From the NCBI GenBank assembly GCA_050010515.1, contig JBEKKX010000032.1:1-28331 (forward strand): a DNA stretch of 28,331 nt. The letters are read 5' to 3'. Source of the DNA: Candidatus Bathyarchaeia archaeon. Its GTDB lineage: Archaea > Thermoproteota > Bathyarchaeia > Bathyarchaeales > Bathycorpusculaceae. The notes below the pieces were generated by a model that did no database searches, was not told the origin of the DNA, and was given only the letters and a program-made list of their open reading frames with translations. Shown here in pieces: positions 1 to 9,192 of this stretch (position 1 is its first letter; each line of letters begins with the position of its first letter). Position numbers and translations under genes: made by a program.

Positions 1-884
1 CTCCTAGACGGTAGACGCAACCTGCCGTCTAGGAAACACACTTAGCGAGTTAGCAAAAGAACCTACTGCCGATTCATCTGCAACCTAACGGTTGCAGTAT
101 TCTCGTCAAGTTTTAATAAAAACATAAACCCCGTAACGTCGGTTAGGATGATGCAGTATGGGTGATAATGAAGGCTTGGAAGAGTGGAACGCAATGGCAA
201 AAGAAATAGTCGGTATGTACAGGGCAGTGTGGGTCCTCTATGTCATCCAAGTTCAAACTGCGCAAAATGGAGCAGGAACTCTCATTCTTCTCCATACTAT
301 ACCGTTTATTCAATCGAATACAAATTGATTAAGCAAGAAAATGTCAATCCAAATAATTTAGCAACAGGCTGGCGCGCTATCCTGCTGAATTTGCATAAGC
401 AAATTTGTCGCTATTAAATTGATGAACAAGCTCCAAACCGTATCGTTTGATGAATAACTTTTCTTGCCCACTAAGAACATAGTACCTTTAAATTCGCGGA
501 AATATGTCAAAAGTGTAACGAGGGCTTAAACGACGACATCAAGCTAGCCCTCGGTCCATTCAATTATTCTAAAGAACGCTTGTTGTCGGCTCTTTTTGGT
601 CATTAGGACACAATAATTAGTGTTACCTTTTTGCTTGTTTTCCTCATCAACAAGCCCAAAACATCTCCTAAAATAGAGCTCGGAAAACCTCACCACGTTT
701 AACGCTTCTCATATCAATGCTCTGCAGTCGCGCTCAGCTTTTTGAGCCCTCATGAACTGATTTCATGTGGGTTTATGGTTGGATTGTGGCAAATCCTTAA
801 GAAAGACGATGCAAACGGCAAATGCTATGATTCGTAGTTGCATAATTACCATGTAAGAGTTGTTTACCAGGAAACTTGATGTAA

Positions 885-3599
885 ATGTCAAAGTCGTATT
901 TCGATTCTTTAAACCATTTCATTCGTAGGCGGTTCCGATGGGTTATCATAGCATGGGTAATTGCGGTACTGCTTTCGCTTGTTCTTATTCCCAGCTTCTT
1001 TTCATCCGTTTCCTATAACCTGACCGGCGTGTTTGTCGGACCTTCAAACACGATGTCGGTTAAAGCAGCCAATATAGTAAAAGCTCAATTTCCAAGTTCC
1101 AATAGTAGCGACAGCAGCATCCTTGTGGTAATCCAAGGTGCTTCAGTATATTCTGACTCGTTAAAGCAGGACGTGCTTGCACTCAACAACACAATATCCA
1201 CGGACATAGGCATTAGCAATTATACTGGTGAATCAAGCATTTACTCGCTGGAGGCTAGCCTGCTTAACTCGTCGGTACCTGATATACTTAATCAGACGGC
1301 AAGTTTACAATCCACCATAATCACGATTAACTCTTGGTTATATTCTTTGCAGGATAACCTATCTGAGTTGAGCACAAACCTGTATGCTAACATGACAAAT
1401 GCAGAAGCGGGTTTTTCAGTTTCTGACCTGATGGAATCCTCTTATCAGCTTGGCCCATCACCCAACGAGACCCAAACATGGAATCTAGCTTGCGATTTTA
1501 TTTCAAATGCTACCCAAAGCACCTTTTCAGACTCCCCACTCTTCACCATAAACAGCGCGTCCCTGAGTAATCTCTTATCAGGGCTTTCAGCGAACGCAAC
1601 AACCGCCGATGTAAACCTTGCCATCAACAATGAGATTGCAACTCAACCTTTCACTGATTATCCATATGCACCCACAAGCGCGTTAACAGGTAATTTCGTT
1701 AATTCTCAAAATGATTCGATGCTGATTGTTCTCGGTTTCTCTTCTAGTCCTGACGACAACACAATTGCTCATGTAGAGTCAGCTGTCAAAAATTCTGGGT
1801 TACTGAACTTTGGCTCGGTTTACGTGACTGGTGGCCCAGTTTTGACTAAGGATGTTGCGAAGGCGTTTGTGCCTGCTCTGGAAATAACCATGGGGCCTGG
1901 CATCGCGATTTCCCTTTTAATCGTTGGACTACTGTTTTTATCGCCTGTGGCTGCTTTGATTCCAGTTCTGATGGGCGGCGTTTCAATTTCGGTTGCACTT
2001 GCCTCCATCTACGCTAGTGTCGTCGATATTGGTCATGGAAACTTGACTTTCCTAACCCCAACATTAACCATACTGCTGATGCTAGGTCTAGCAGTAGACT
2101 ATGCAGTGTTGCAGCTTAGACGCACAAGAGAAGAAAGGCAAAAAGGCAAATCAATCGAGGAAAGCGTGGGCATTTCCATTAAGTGGGCGGGACAAGCAGT
2201 CCTAACCGCAGGCATAACCGTAATTGTCGCTTACATTGTCATGGCAGTTGCTAACGTGCCCATCTTTAGCGATGTCGGAACAGCCATAGCACTTGGAGTT
2301 GCAATTTTGCTTGTAGCTTCGCTTACATTATTGCCTGCCCTTGAGATTGCTTTGGGTGACAGGATTTTCTGGCCAGGACTCAATAGACAAGGTAAGGCAA
2401 GGTCTGCTCCTAACCAGAACAGATTAAGGCGCTTGGCGCATGGTACACTTAAACGTAAAGTGCCCATCGTAATCATTATCAGCATAGTAGCCTTAAGTGC
2501 CTTCGTCGTCATGTATAATACGCCTACCAGCGAGGACTTTTTGAAGCTTATTCCAAACTTCCCAAGCAATCAAGGACTCACCGCAATAGCTAACAGCTTT
2601 GGAAGCGGAACAATAGCGCCAACCTCCATCATCGTCACAACTCCCACACAGATAACCTATGGAAACAACCAGTTTAACCAGACCTTGCTGAACCAGATAG
2701 AGCAGATCACTGCTGCCGCTGCAGGCTCTAAAGGAGTCACCGCCGTTTCAGGCCCAACTAGACCCTTCGAATGCTTGTTCAATTATTCTTCTGTGGAAAA
2801 CATGTCTGAGCCAATCCAAATACAATACGAGAGCCAAATGTTTTCAACAATTGGAAAAGATAACAAGACCGCAGTAATTACTGTCAATCTTTCAAATTCA
2901 GCTGAGAGCCCAACCGCTATCAACTCCCTACGTGGGATAGAGAAGAACATAAACCAGCTGCCTCTCATAAGCGGCGTCGCTGTTTACTTTGGAGGGGAAA
3001 CTCAGTCAACCTACGACAGCCAAGCATTCATGGGGAACCTAATTCCAGAAGTTGTAATGATTCTTGCAGCAGCGGTTTACATAATTTTGTTTTTCCAGCT
3101 CCGTTCAGCCTTCACGCCAATCCGCCTGATAGTTACAATACTTTGCAGCGTCGTGTTCTCGTTAGCCATTATTTCCTTCATATTCTACTATGCCCTTAAC
3201 CTGCCCATCTTAGACTTTGCGCCACTATTCGTAGTTGTAACCATGCTAGGTGTAGGAATTGACTATGACATATTCTTCCTCACCCGCATCCGTGAAGAAG
3301 TCCTCAACGGCAAAACCGACAACGAAGCAATAGTAACGGCCATCGAGAAAGTTTGGGTAACAATCCTCGGCTTAGGGCTCGTACTAGCCACCGTGTTCGC
3401 ATCGTTAATTATAACTAACATCGCTATTCTAGAAGAAATCAGCCTAGCAGTCGCCTCAGCCATCCTGATAGATGTTACCATCGTCATCCTTTTCTTCGTG
3501 CCCTCACTCATGGGTCTAGCGCAAAAATTCAACTGGTGGCCCTCCAAAATCTCCAGAAACAAAAAACCAGAAAACAACACAACTGAAACTATAAAGTAA
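885..3599 (+). CDS. MMPL family (RND superfamily) membrane transporter
   Basis: 904 aa with two repeats of (TM + extracytoplasmic domain + 5 TM); signature motifs GLAVDYAV and GVGIDYDIFFLTRIREE; many N-x-S/T sequons in the external loops. Confidence 0.93.
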   Translation: MSKSYFDSLNHFIRRRFRWVIIAWVIAVLLSLVLIPSFFSSVSYNLTGVFVGPSNTMSVKAANIVKAQFPSSNSSDSSILVVIQGASVYSDSLKQDVLALNNTISTDIGISNYTGESSIYSLEASLLNSSVPDILNQTASLQSTIITINSWLYSLQDNLSELSTNLYANMTNAEAGFSVSDLMESSYQLGPSPNETQTWNLACDFISNATQSTFSDSPLFTINSASLSNLLSGLSANATTADVNLAINNEIATQPFTDYPYAPTSALTGNFVNSQNDSMLIVLGFSSSPDDNTIAHVESAVKNSGLLNFGSVYVTGGPVLTKDVAKAFVPALEITMGPGIAISLLIVGLLFLSPVAALIPVLMGGVSISVALASIYASVVDIGHGNLTFLTPTLTILLMLGLAVDYAVLQLRRTREERQKGKSIEESVGISIKWAGQAVLTAGITVIVAYIVMAVANVPIFSDVGTAIALGVAILLVASLTLLPALEIALGDRIFWPGLNRQGKARSAPNQNRLRRLAHGTLKRKVPIVIIISIVALSAFVVMYNTPTSEDFLKLIPNFPSNQGLTAIANSFGSGTIAPTSIIVTTPTQITYGNNQFNQTLLNQIEQITAAAAGSKGVTAVSGPTRPFECLFNYSSVENMSEPIQIQYESQMFSTIGKDNKTAVITVNLSNSAESPTAINSLRGIEKNINQLPLISGVAVYFGGETQSTYDSQAFMGNLIPEVVMILAAAVYIILFFQLRSAFTPIRLIVTILCSVVFSLAIISFIFYYALNLPILDFAPLFVVVTMLGVGIDYDIFFLTRIREEVLNGKTDNEAIVTAIEKVWVTILGLGLVLATVFASLIITNIAILEEISLAVASAILIDVTIVILFFVPSLMGLAQKFNWWPSKISRNKKPENNTTETIK

Positions 3600-3704
3600 G
3601 CATATACATACAAAGAAAGAGAGGAGAAACAAAGAGTATCTTTTCCCAAGTATCCTAATGCAAAAAGAATTCGCAACGTTACAAAGTTGAATAAACAAGT
3701 TTTG

Positions 3705-4307
3705 TTAACTTTGCTTCCTACGATTAATTTCGCCTTTTGGCATAACTATTCCATCGTTAGGATCTCCGTAAGTGACAGCATGTCCTTCCAAAAACAGTTT
3801 ACCAACATACGCACATGTGACAGCATCAAGTTCATGATCACTCATCTGGCTGTTCAGCCCTTCGATGCCTAAATTTTCCAAGCCCGCTTTCAGATTGTCG
3901 AGCCCTTTCTGCTTTCTGGGAATCCCCAAAACATCTTGGGCGCCTCCAGGGTAAGCCTCGATGACAGTGAAGTGTTCGGCTTCTAGGATTCTTTTCAAGC
4001 TTATGCCTCGCTCGGTTAGTTTTCTCATTGGACCCAGCGTGACAGGGAAGAACCTTATGCCTCTTTTCAATAGTTCCCTGTCGCTTTCTCTCAGGTGTAC
4101 ATTTGTTCTTTCCTCAAGGGACTTTCTTCCAGGCGGCAGGCTTAAAGGCGCGTCAATGGCAACGACTCGGGGTTTGCTTTCCCTGATTTTAGCTAGGATT
4201 TCCTCGTCCGTATAAACCAAGAAAGTCTCTACCCTCATGTCTCCAAGTATGCAGAAGCCCGTGGGTCTGCTTTCAACGCCTGCCAAATCTAAACCAACAA
4301 TCGACAT
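3705..4307 (-). CDS. DUF429 family protein (RNase H-like fold, predicted nuclease)
   Basis: N-terminal IVGLDLAG, VAIDAPLSLP, R-x-x-DREL, IEAYP and HELDAVTCA motifs typical of DUF429. Confidence 0.85.
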   Translation of the reverse strand: MSIVGLDLAGVESRPTGFCILGDMRVETFLVYTDEEILAKIRESKPRVVAIDAPLSLPPGRKSLEERTNVHLRESDRELLKRGIRFFPVTLGPMRKLTERGISLKRILEAEHFTVIEAYPGGAQDVLGIPRKQKGLDNLKAGLENLGIEGLNSQMSDHELDAVTCAYVGKLFLEGHAVTYGDPNDGIVMPKGEINRRKQS

Positions 4308-4592
4308 GTGTCTTCAACGTAAGCTACATCGATCTAAGCTAATAATTCAAGATTACGCTTCTCAGCCAAGCACTCCACATAGGGTTCTGTCAAGTTCTCG
4401 GTTATTTTGGGTTCATGTCAACTTTCGGTTGCTGACTCGGGTAGCTAACTAGCTACTTTTTCAAACAGTCTGTGGTGTATTCTAAACTGAAGATTCGACC
4501 GTTGTGCATTTCAAACAGGCATTGACCTGAAGCGCTAGAAAAAAACAGCAAGACATTTAAACAAAGCAAAACAAGAAAACACTGATATAACA

Positions 4593-4907
4593 ATGAAAAC
4601 TGACCCATTCAAATTAACAGTTGTTGTCGTTATAATAATTTTAATAGTGGCAGTAGGTATCATCGCCCTTGTTGTATTACACAATTTAAAGAGTATACCT
4701 TCAGGAGAAAACGGCTTAATAGTTTCAAAAAGTGTCATCAATGCAAATGAAGACGTAATTGAACTCTCAGATGGAAAAACATTGTATATTTTAAATAATA
4801 CACCGCTATATCTTAGCTTGCAAGAAAACCAAACTTACTCTTTTGAATGTCTTTTTAATTACTACACAAAAACCGAGTATATTGAAAGCGCCCAAATAAC
4901 TAAATAG
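4593..4907 (+). CDS. hypothetical membrane-anchored protein
   Basis: ATG start, one long N-terminal hydrophobic helix followed by a small beta-rich domain; AT-rich; TATA-like TTTAAA upstream. Confidence 0.65.
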   Translation: MKTDPFKLTVVVVIIILIVAVGIIALVVLHNLKSIPSGENGLIVSKSVINANEDVIELSDGKTLYILNNTPLYLSLQENQTYSFECLFNYYTKTEYIESAQITK

Positions 4908-5228
4908 TTATTAAAAACTTTTAGAAAAAACTGTGACATTAATGGAACAAAATTCTAAAACGTTCCATGACAAATAAGTTTACAGTATCGAAGAAAAAAT
5001 AACAGCAACCGATTTTTGATAAGAAAAGTCAGTAACCGAAGACTTGACTGAACCCCACATAGAATTACTTATTAGCCCACACCAAATTTTAGCGCCTGAT
5101 TTTTTAATAAAACGATTGTCTTTCCCATTTTTTAACTGGAAAAAAGACCTTTTTTAACCATTTTACGTATATTAACCGCAAATGTTTTATGCTGATTCAT
5201 ACGATAACAATGAACCATAGGGATAATT

Positions 5229-5393
5229 ATGGCAAAATGCCCAACTTGTGGAAAAGAAGTTAAAACCGCAAAGAAAACTTGGAAGATGGCAGGCAAACCT
5301 GACAAGAAAGGAAAAAGAACACAACTCACCATCGGGCTTTACGAGTGCTGCGATAAGACTTTCCGAGAAGTCCTAGACAAGAAAAAAATCTAA
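5229..5393 (+). CDS. Cren7-like small basic chromatin protein with Zn-ribbon cysteines (54 aa, not in ORF track)
   Basis: Manual translation: MAKCPTCGKEVKTAKKTWKMAGKPDKKGKRTQLTIGLYECCDKTFREVLDKKKI. The K-x-W-x-x-A, IGL(F/Y) and K-x-FR pattern matches recalled Cren7 motifs; T-rich terminator follows. Confidence 0.8.
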   Translation: MAKCPTCGKEVKTAKKTWKMAGKPDKKGKRTQLTIGLYECCDKTFREVLDKKKI

Positions 5394-5406
5394 ACGCATA
5401 CTTCCA

Positions 5407-5428
5407 ATTTTCCTTTTTCTATTTTTTT
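5407..5428 (+). terminator. oligo-T archaeal terminator after the Cren7-like gene
   Basis: Several consecutive T-runs starting about 14 nt after the TAA stop. Confidence 0.5.
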
Positions 5429-5516
5429 GTGTTTACTAGCTTATTTGTGACTGCTAACCCGCTACAACAAACGTTTAATTGCTTAAATAGCAGCCAATCC
5501 ATAGAGGAAGGAAGAA

Positions 5517-5843
5517 ACGGCTTTTTACAAGAAACGAGACCACATTCAAGTCATCGCGGAAATTCTTTGTTTATGCAAAAGTCCTCAAACTAAAAGCTAC
5601 ATTAGGCGTCAAACAAGTATTTCTTACGCTACGCTTCAAAAGTGCATTATGCAACTGCTATGGAGCGAGTGGCTAATGTTTGTAGAAGAGGATTGTGGTC
5701 CAAAAAAATTTACGATAACGAGAAAAGGATTAGTTTTTTTGGAAAAGTATTTGGAGCTTCAAAATATCATGGGAACGAAAAGTAAGGAAAAGTTAATGAC
5801 GGTTGCTCCCGAAATTCAGAGAATGTTGAAGCAATCGATTTAA
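5517..5843 (+). CDS. winged helix-turn-helix transcription regulator (HTH_45-like); probable ACG start or start-loss pseudogene
   Basis: Frame is open from 5505. The segment KKRDHIQVIAEILCLCKSPQTKSYIRRQTSISYATLQKCI upstream of ATG 5649 completes the wHTH with FTITRKGLVFLEKY. There is no ATG/GTG/TTG in frame before 5649; ACG at 5517 follows GAGGAAGG. Confidence 0.75.
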   Translation, partial: TAFYKKRDHIQVIAEILCLCKSPQTKSYIRRQTSISYATLQKCIMQLLWSEWLMFVEEDCGPKKFTITRKGLVFLEKYLELQNIMGTKSKEKLMTVAPEIQRMLKQSI

Positions 5844-5874
5844 AGAAACATTTAGTATGCATATTATGGGTTTG

Positions 5875-6543
5875 CTAATTGATTATTGTGCAAACTGTAT
5901 CTCGCCCATCTAAGACAGCCTCAACCCGGTCAGGATAAAGCCCATTAACAACAAAACATTCAATCTGCAACTGTAAAAGCAATTTAGGCAAAAACTTGTC
6001 AACACTTGTCCGCTTATTCATCTTTAAAAGGTCATTAGCGGATAACTTGCGGATCAATTTAGCATCTGAAAACTTTTTCGGGTCACACGTATAAACCCCG
6101 TTGACATCAGTCACCAAAACAACTCTGCTTGCGTGCAATTGACCCGCAATGTAAACAGCGATGGAGTCAGAAGTTACATCCCACGAGTTCTCCAGCGGGT
6201 CCTTGCTAAACAGAAAATTTGAAGGCAAAAAAACAGGCAACTTACCCAAATCCAAAATTCTTTGCACATCTTCGAGCTGATTTAATACGGAAGAATGCGA
6301 CAACAAATCAGACAGCAGGAAACCGTATTGATCCATTCCCAAAATCGCCATCCTATGAGCCACTGCACATGACAAGTTAAACCGCTTATCTAAATCCCGC
6401 ACAGAATCAGCGAATTCGCCGCCTCCCGGCAGCACTATTATCTTATGCTTCTTGGAGACTTCGCTTAACTTTGCGCATAGGGTTCTCAGTTTTTCAGGGT
6501 GAAATGCTAAGCTGCCTCCTACCTTGACTATGGCCATGTCCAT
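5875..6543 (-). CDS. mfnE: 5-(aminomethyl)-3-furanmethanol phosphate kinase (amino-acid kinase family)
   Basis: VKVGGSL, PGGGEFAD, AHRMAILGMDQYG and SWDVTSDSIA motifs; overlaps mfnF in the operon. Confidence 0.88.
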   Translation of the reverse strand: MDMAIVKVGGSLAFHPEKLRTLCAKLSEVSKKHKIIVLPGGGEFADSVRDLDKRFNLSCAVAHRMAILGMDQYGFLLSDLLSHSSVLNQLEDVQRILDLGKLPVFLPSNFLFSKDPLENSWDVTSDSIAVYIAGQLHASRVVLVTDVNGVYTCDPKKFSDAKLIRKLSANDLLKMNKRTSVDKFLPKLLLQLQIECFVVNGLYPDRVEAVLDGRDTVCTIIN

Positions 6544-7601
6544 TTGATGATTTCTCCTTCAAGTTTAATGGCAGTCATCAGGGCAACACCGAATGCAGGA
6601 GTAGCCGCCACAGCATCAGTTTGCATTAAAGTTTTCAAATCAACTATGGTTTTGACGCCGATATTTTCTGCGGCTTTTTTTGCGATGAAATCTTTGCCAA
6701 GCCCCGTAACCACCAACGGAACTTCGTTTGATGACAATTTTTTTGTGTAAGAGTAGACTTTGTTTAAGCCTTCGGCAACCTGTAGAACTTGTTTATCATA
6801 GATGTATTTAGCCATGTTAATGATCTCTTGTTGAGTCAACATTTCCGTGTCAGCGCAGACTACTCTAGCTAACCTCGCCAAAGCTTCAGGCAAACTTTTT
6901 CCTCGTCCATCAGCCGTTTCACAAGTATACTCCTTCGCGGTGATGTTGCCTAAGACTAAGTGTACATCGCCAGATAACGCGAACAGTTCTGAAGAGACCC
7001 CTGCAACCCCATTCTTAACTGGAACAGAATGCACGATTGAAGCAACATTCGTCCTTAAGCTTCCAGTGTAAACAAGCTCTCCGCAAATAAGCTTATCCAA
7101 ATCCGTTTTACCTTTCGCTGCAACTTGCCCGTTGACTATGGGAATTATGCTTGCACTTGTACTTCCAACATCAACCACCACACAATCTTTAACCTGTTGA
7201 GCTACTAACCAGCCTGTTGCAGCCCAATTAGCCGCGGCAACCCCAAGCGGTTCCGCTTCAGCATTACTAAGTGGCTCTAATTTTGCATCGATGTTCAAAA
7301 CGTAAATTGGCACGTCAGGAAAAGCTTTCTTAACGCATGCTAAAATGTGGTGGACGCCTTCTCGCTTGGTTGTGTAAGCATCGGATAATTCAGCAGTCAT
7401 TGTTACGCCTAAACCGTCAAGCCTGTTGACGCCTAACCGTTTCTTAAGCGTTAGAAGGACGCTGGTGAGTTTTTTTGGTTCTCTCCACACTGGGAAGTAC
7501 TCCACTACCACTTGAATATCATGAAGTTTACCTTTTTGTGTGCGTATGAAGACGGCTTTAGTGTTGGCGCCTCCGATATCGTAGCCTAACACGTTTACCA
7601 A
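6528..7601 (-). CDS. mfnF: hydantoinase A-like methanofuran biosynthesis protein (F1-PP/gamma-glutamyltyramine coupling enzyme)
   Basis: GYDIGGANTK, GVTMTAELSD, AAANW, DVGSTS, GELVYTG and RLARVVCAD motifs; mfn operon context. Confidence 0.9.
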   Translation of the reverse strand: MVNVLGYDIGGANTKAVFIRTQKGKLHDIQVVVEYFPVWREPKKLTSVLLTLKKRLGVNRLDGLGVTMTAELSDAYTTKREGVHHILACVKKAFPDVPIYVLNIDAKLEPLSNAEAEPLGVAAANWAATGWLVAQQVKDCVVVDVGSTSASIIPIVNGQVAAKGKTDLDKLICGELVYTGSLRTNVASIVHSVPVKNGVAGVSSELFALSGDVHLVLGNITAKEYTCETADGRGKSLPEALARLARVVCADTEMLTQQEIINMAKYIYDKQVLQVAEGLNKVYSYTKKLSSNEVPLVVTGLGKDFIAKKAAENIGVKTIVDLKTLMQTDAVAATPAFGVALMTAIKLEGEIIKWTWP

Positions 7602-7602
7602 G

Positions 7603-8835
7603 CTATTTTCCTCCGCTGATAATGTTGAGTAAGCGCTTTTTAGCTTCTTCGAACCTTAACCGTGAATTGTCCAAGGATTCACCTTGACCAGCAACCAGCG
7701 AGCAAGCTTTATCATTATCATCCAGTGGGAAAGGCGGCGAAACAACTTCCCTTATTTGAGCCACTTTTTCAAAAGCGCTAACGGTCGGCTTGGAAGTCTC
7801 CACTTTCGAGAAGTAAACAAAACCGCCAATTTCATGTTTAGTTGGAAGCTTACCTTTCAAAACAGCGTTAACTAAAGCCTCGGCAACGTTAAAGGTGGCA
7901 ACTCTACATAAGCCAACATAAGAAGTTGTTAACCGTGGATTAACATCCACTACAAACGGCTTATCCTTTACCAAAACCAAGTCAACACCCACATAACCCC
8001 TTAAACCAGAAAAAGACTCAACAACCTTCTCCCCCACCCTGAATGCTTCTTGTTTAAGCGGATGATCAAAGGGAACAGCGCCGCCTTCATAACTTGAAAC
8101 AGCCTCCGGCACGGCAACCTTGACGTTTTGCCCATTCAAGCCAATTGCCAACGCTCTGCCGCCTGTGCAAAGAACACTGACGCTTGCAGCTTCGCCATCA
8201 ATAAACTCTTGAACTATAAAATGCCTCCCTGCCGACCCAGCCTTTATTCTTGCAACTGCTTTCTCAACTTGTGTGCCTCCTTTAACCATGCTTAAGCCGC
8301 CGCAGCTGACACCATCCACAGGCTTGAACACTACAGGATAACTAAACCTGCTTCTAATGATCTGCTTAACTTCCGCTAAACCCCCATCAACATTAAGCAC
8401 TACTGTGTCAGGCGTCGGTAAACCATTCTTTTTCAACGTCTCATGCAGAACAGTTTTATCCGCAACCTTTTGGATAGCGCTGGCATCACAATTAAGCGAA
8501 ACCTTGCCTATGTGCTCCACAAATTCTACGAGCGACTGCAGGGTTTGCCCTGTTTCAGGCGCAATAACATAGACGGCATCGTTAATTTTAGCGGCATTAA
8601 GGAGGAGTTTTTCGGCTTCCTTGGGGTAAAAAACGGGTATTGTGTAGTCGGCAACTATAGGCGGATTCAGTTTTGAAAGTCTAGCATCAAGTAAAACGGT
8701 TACCTCGTGGCCTGCAGATTTAAAATCAGAAACAATTGAGCGCAGCATTCCAAAGCCTTCAGATAAAAGGCTTGGTGAAATAGGCTGCCCTGCGTATCCA
8801 CCGCCTGAAATGTGCTCGTAAACCAAAAGCCTCAA
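7603..8835 (-). CDS. mfnD: tyramine--L-glutamate ligase (ATP-grasp)
   Basis: N-terminal LLVYE...EGFGML, IAPE, KPVDGVSC, QEFIDG, GYVGVD and DVNPRLTTSY motifs; mfn operon context. Confidence 0.87.
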   Translation of the reverse strand: MRLLVYEHISGGGYAGQPISPSLLSEGFGMLRSIVSDFKSAGHEVTVLLDARLSKLNPPIVADYTIPVFYPKEAEKLLLNAAKINDAVYVIAPETGQTLQSLVEFVEHIGKVSLNCDASAIQKVADKTVLHETLKKNGLPTPDTVVLNVDGGLAEVKQIIRSRFSYPVVFKPVDGVSCGGLSMVKGGTQVEKAVARIKAGSAGRHFIVQEFIDGEAASVSVLCTGGRALAIGLNGQNVKVAVPEAVSSYEGGAVPFDHPLKQEAFRVGEKVVESFSGLRGYVGVDLVLVKDKPFVVDVNPRLTTSYVGLCRVATFNVAEALVNAVLKGKLPTKHEIGGFVYFSKVETSKPTVSAFEKVAQIREVVSPPFPLDDNDKACSLVAGQGESLDNSRLRFEEAKKRLLNIISGGK

Positions 8836-8872
8836 AGCAAAGCTCCTTCGGAGTCGATGAAATATCCACGAC

Positions 8873-9115
8873 TCACTTAACTGTTATTGGATAAAGTTCT
8901 TCGCTCGCCATTTTGGCGGCATAAAGCAAAACTGCCGTAATATCGTCTTTTGTAAGATGCGGATAATCTTTGAGGATTTCTTCAGCAGACAGCCCCTGAG
9001 CTAGCAACCTCAACACAAGCTCTACGGTGATTCGCGTACCTTTTAGAACAGGTTTTCCCACCATAACCTTAGGATTTACCACTATCCGCGCTAAGAGATC
9101 ATCTTCAGTTTTCAT
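8873..9115 (-). CDS. DUF433 family protein (VapB45-type antitoxin-like)
   Basis: RIVVNPKVMVGKPVLKGTRITV...EEILKDYPHLTKDDI is the canonical DUF433 pattern. Confidence 0.92.
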   Translation of the reverse strand: MKTEDDLLARIVVNPKVMVGKPVLKGTRITVELVLRLLAQGLSAEEILKDYPHLTKDDITAVLLYAAKMASEELYPITVK

Positions 9116-9192
9116 TTTGGCCTAACCTTCAAATCCAATAAAAGGTTACTTCAAACTAATAAAATATCGCAAAGATCAAAACCCAAATCATT

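Noticed and set aside
83-148. attC-like pair ACCTAAC ... GTTAGGA
   Set aside because: The inner L-box arms are not complementary and no integron integrase is in the window.
184-417. 77-aa ORF from the track, and an alternative 56-aa frame from ATG 158
   Set aside because: No recognisable motifs and atypical composition; neither can be supported.
846-856. TTACCATGTAA palindrome shared with 22334-22344
   Set aside because: Shared 11-mers are expected by chance in 28 kb of AT-rich sequence; only two copies.
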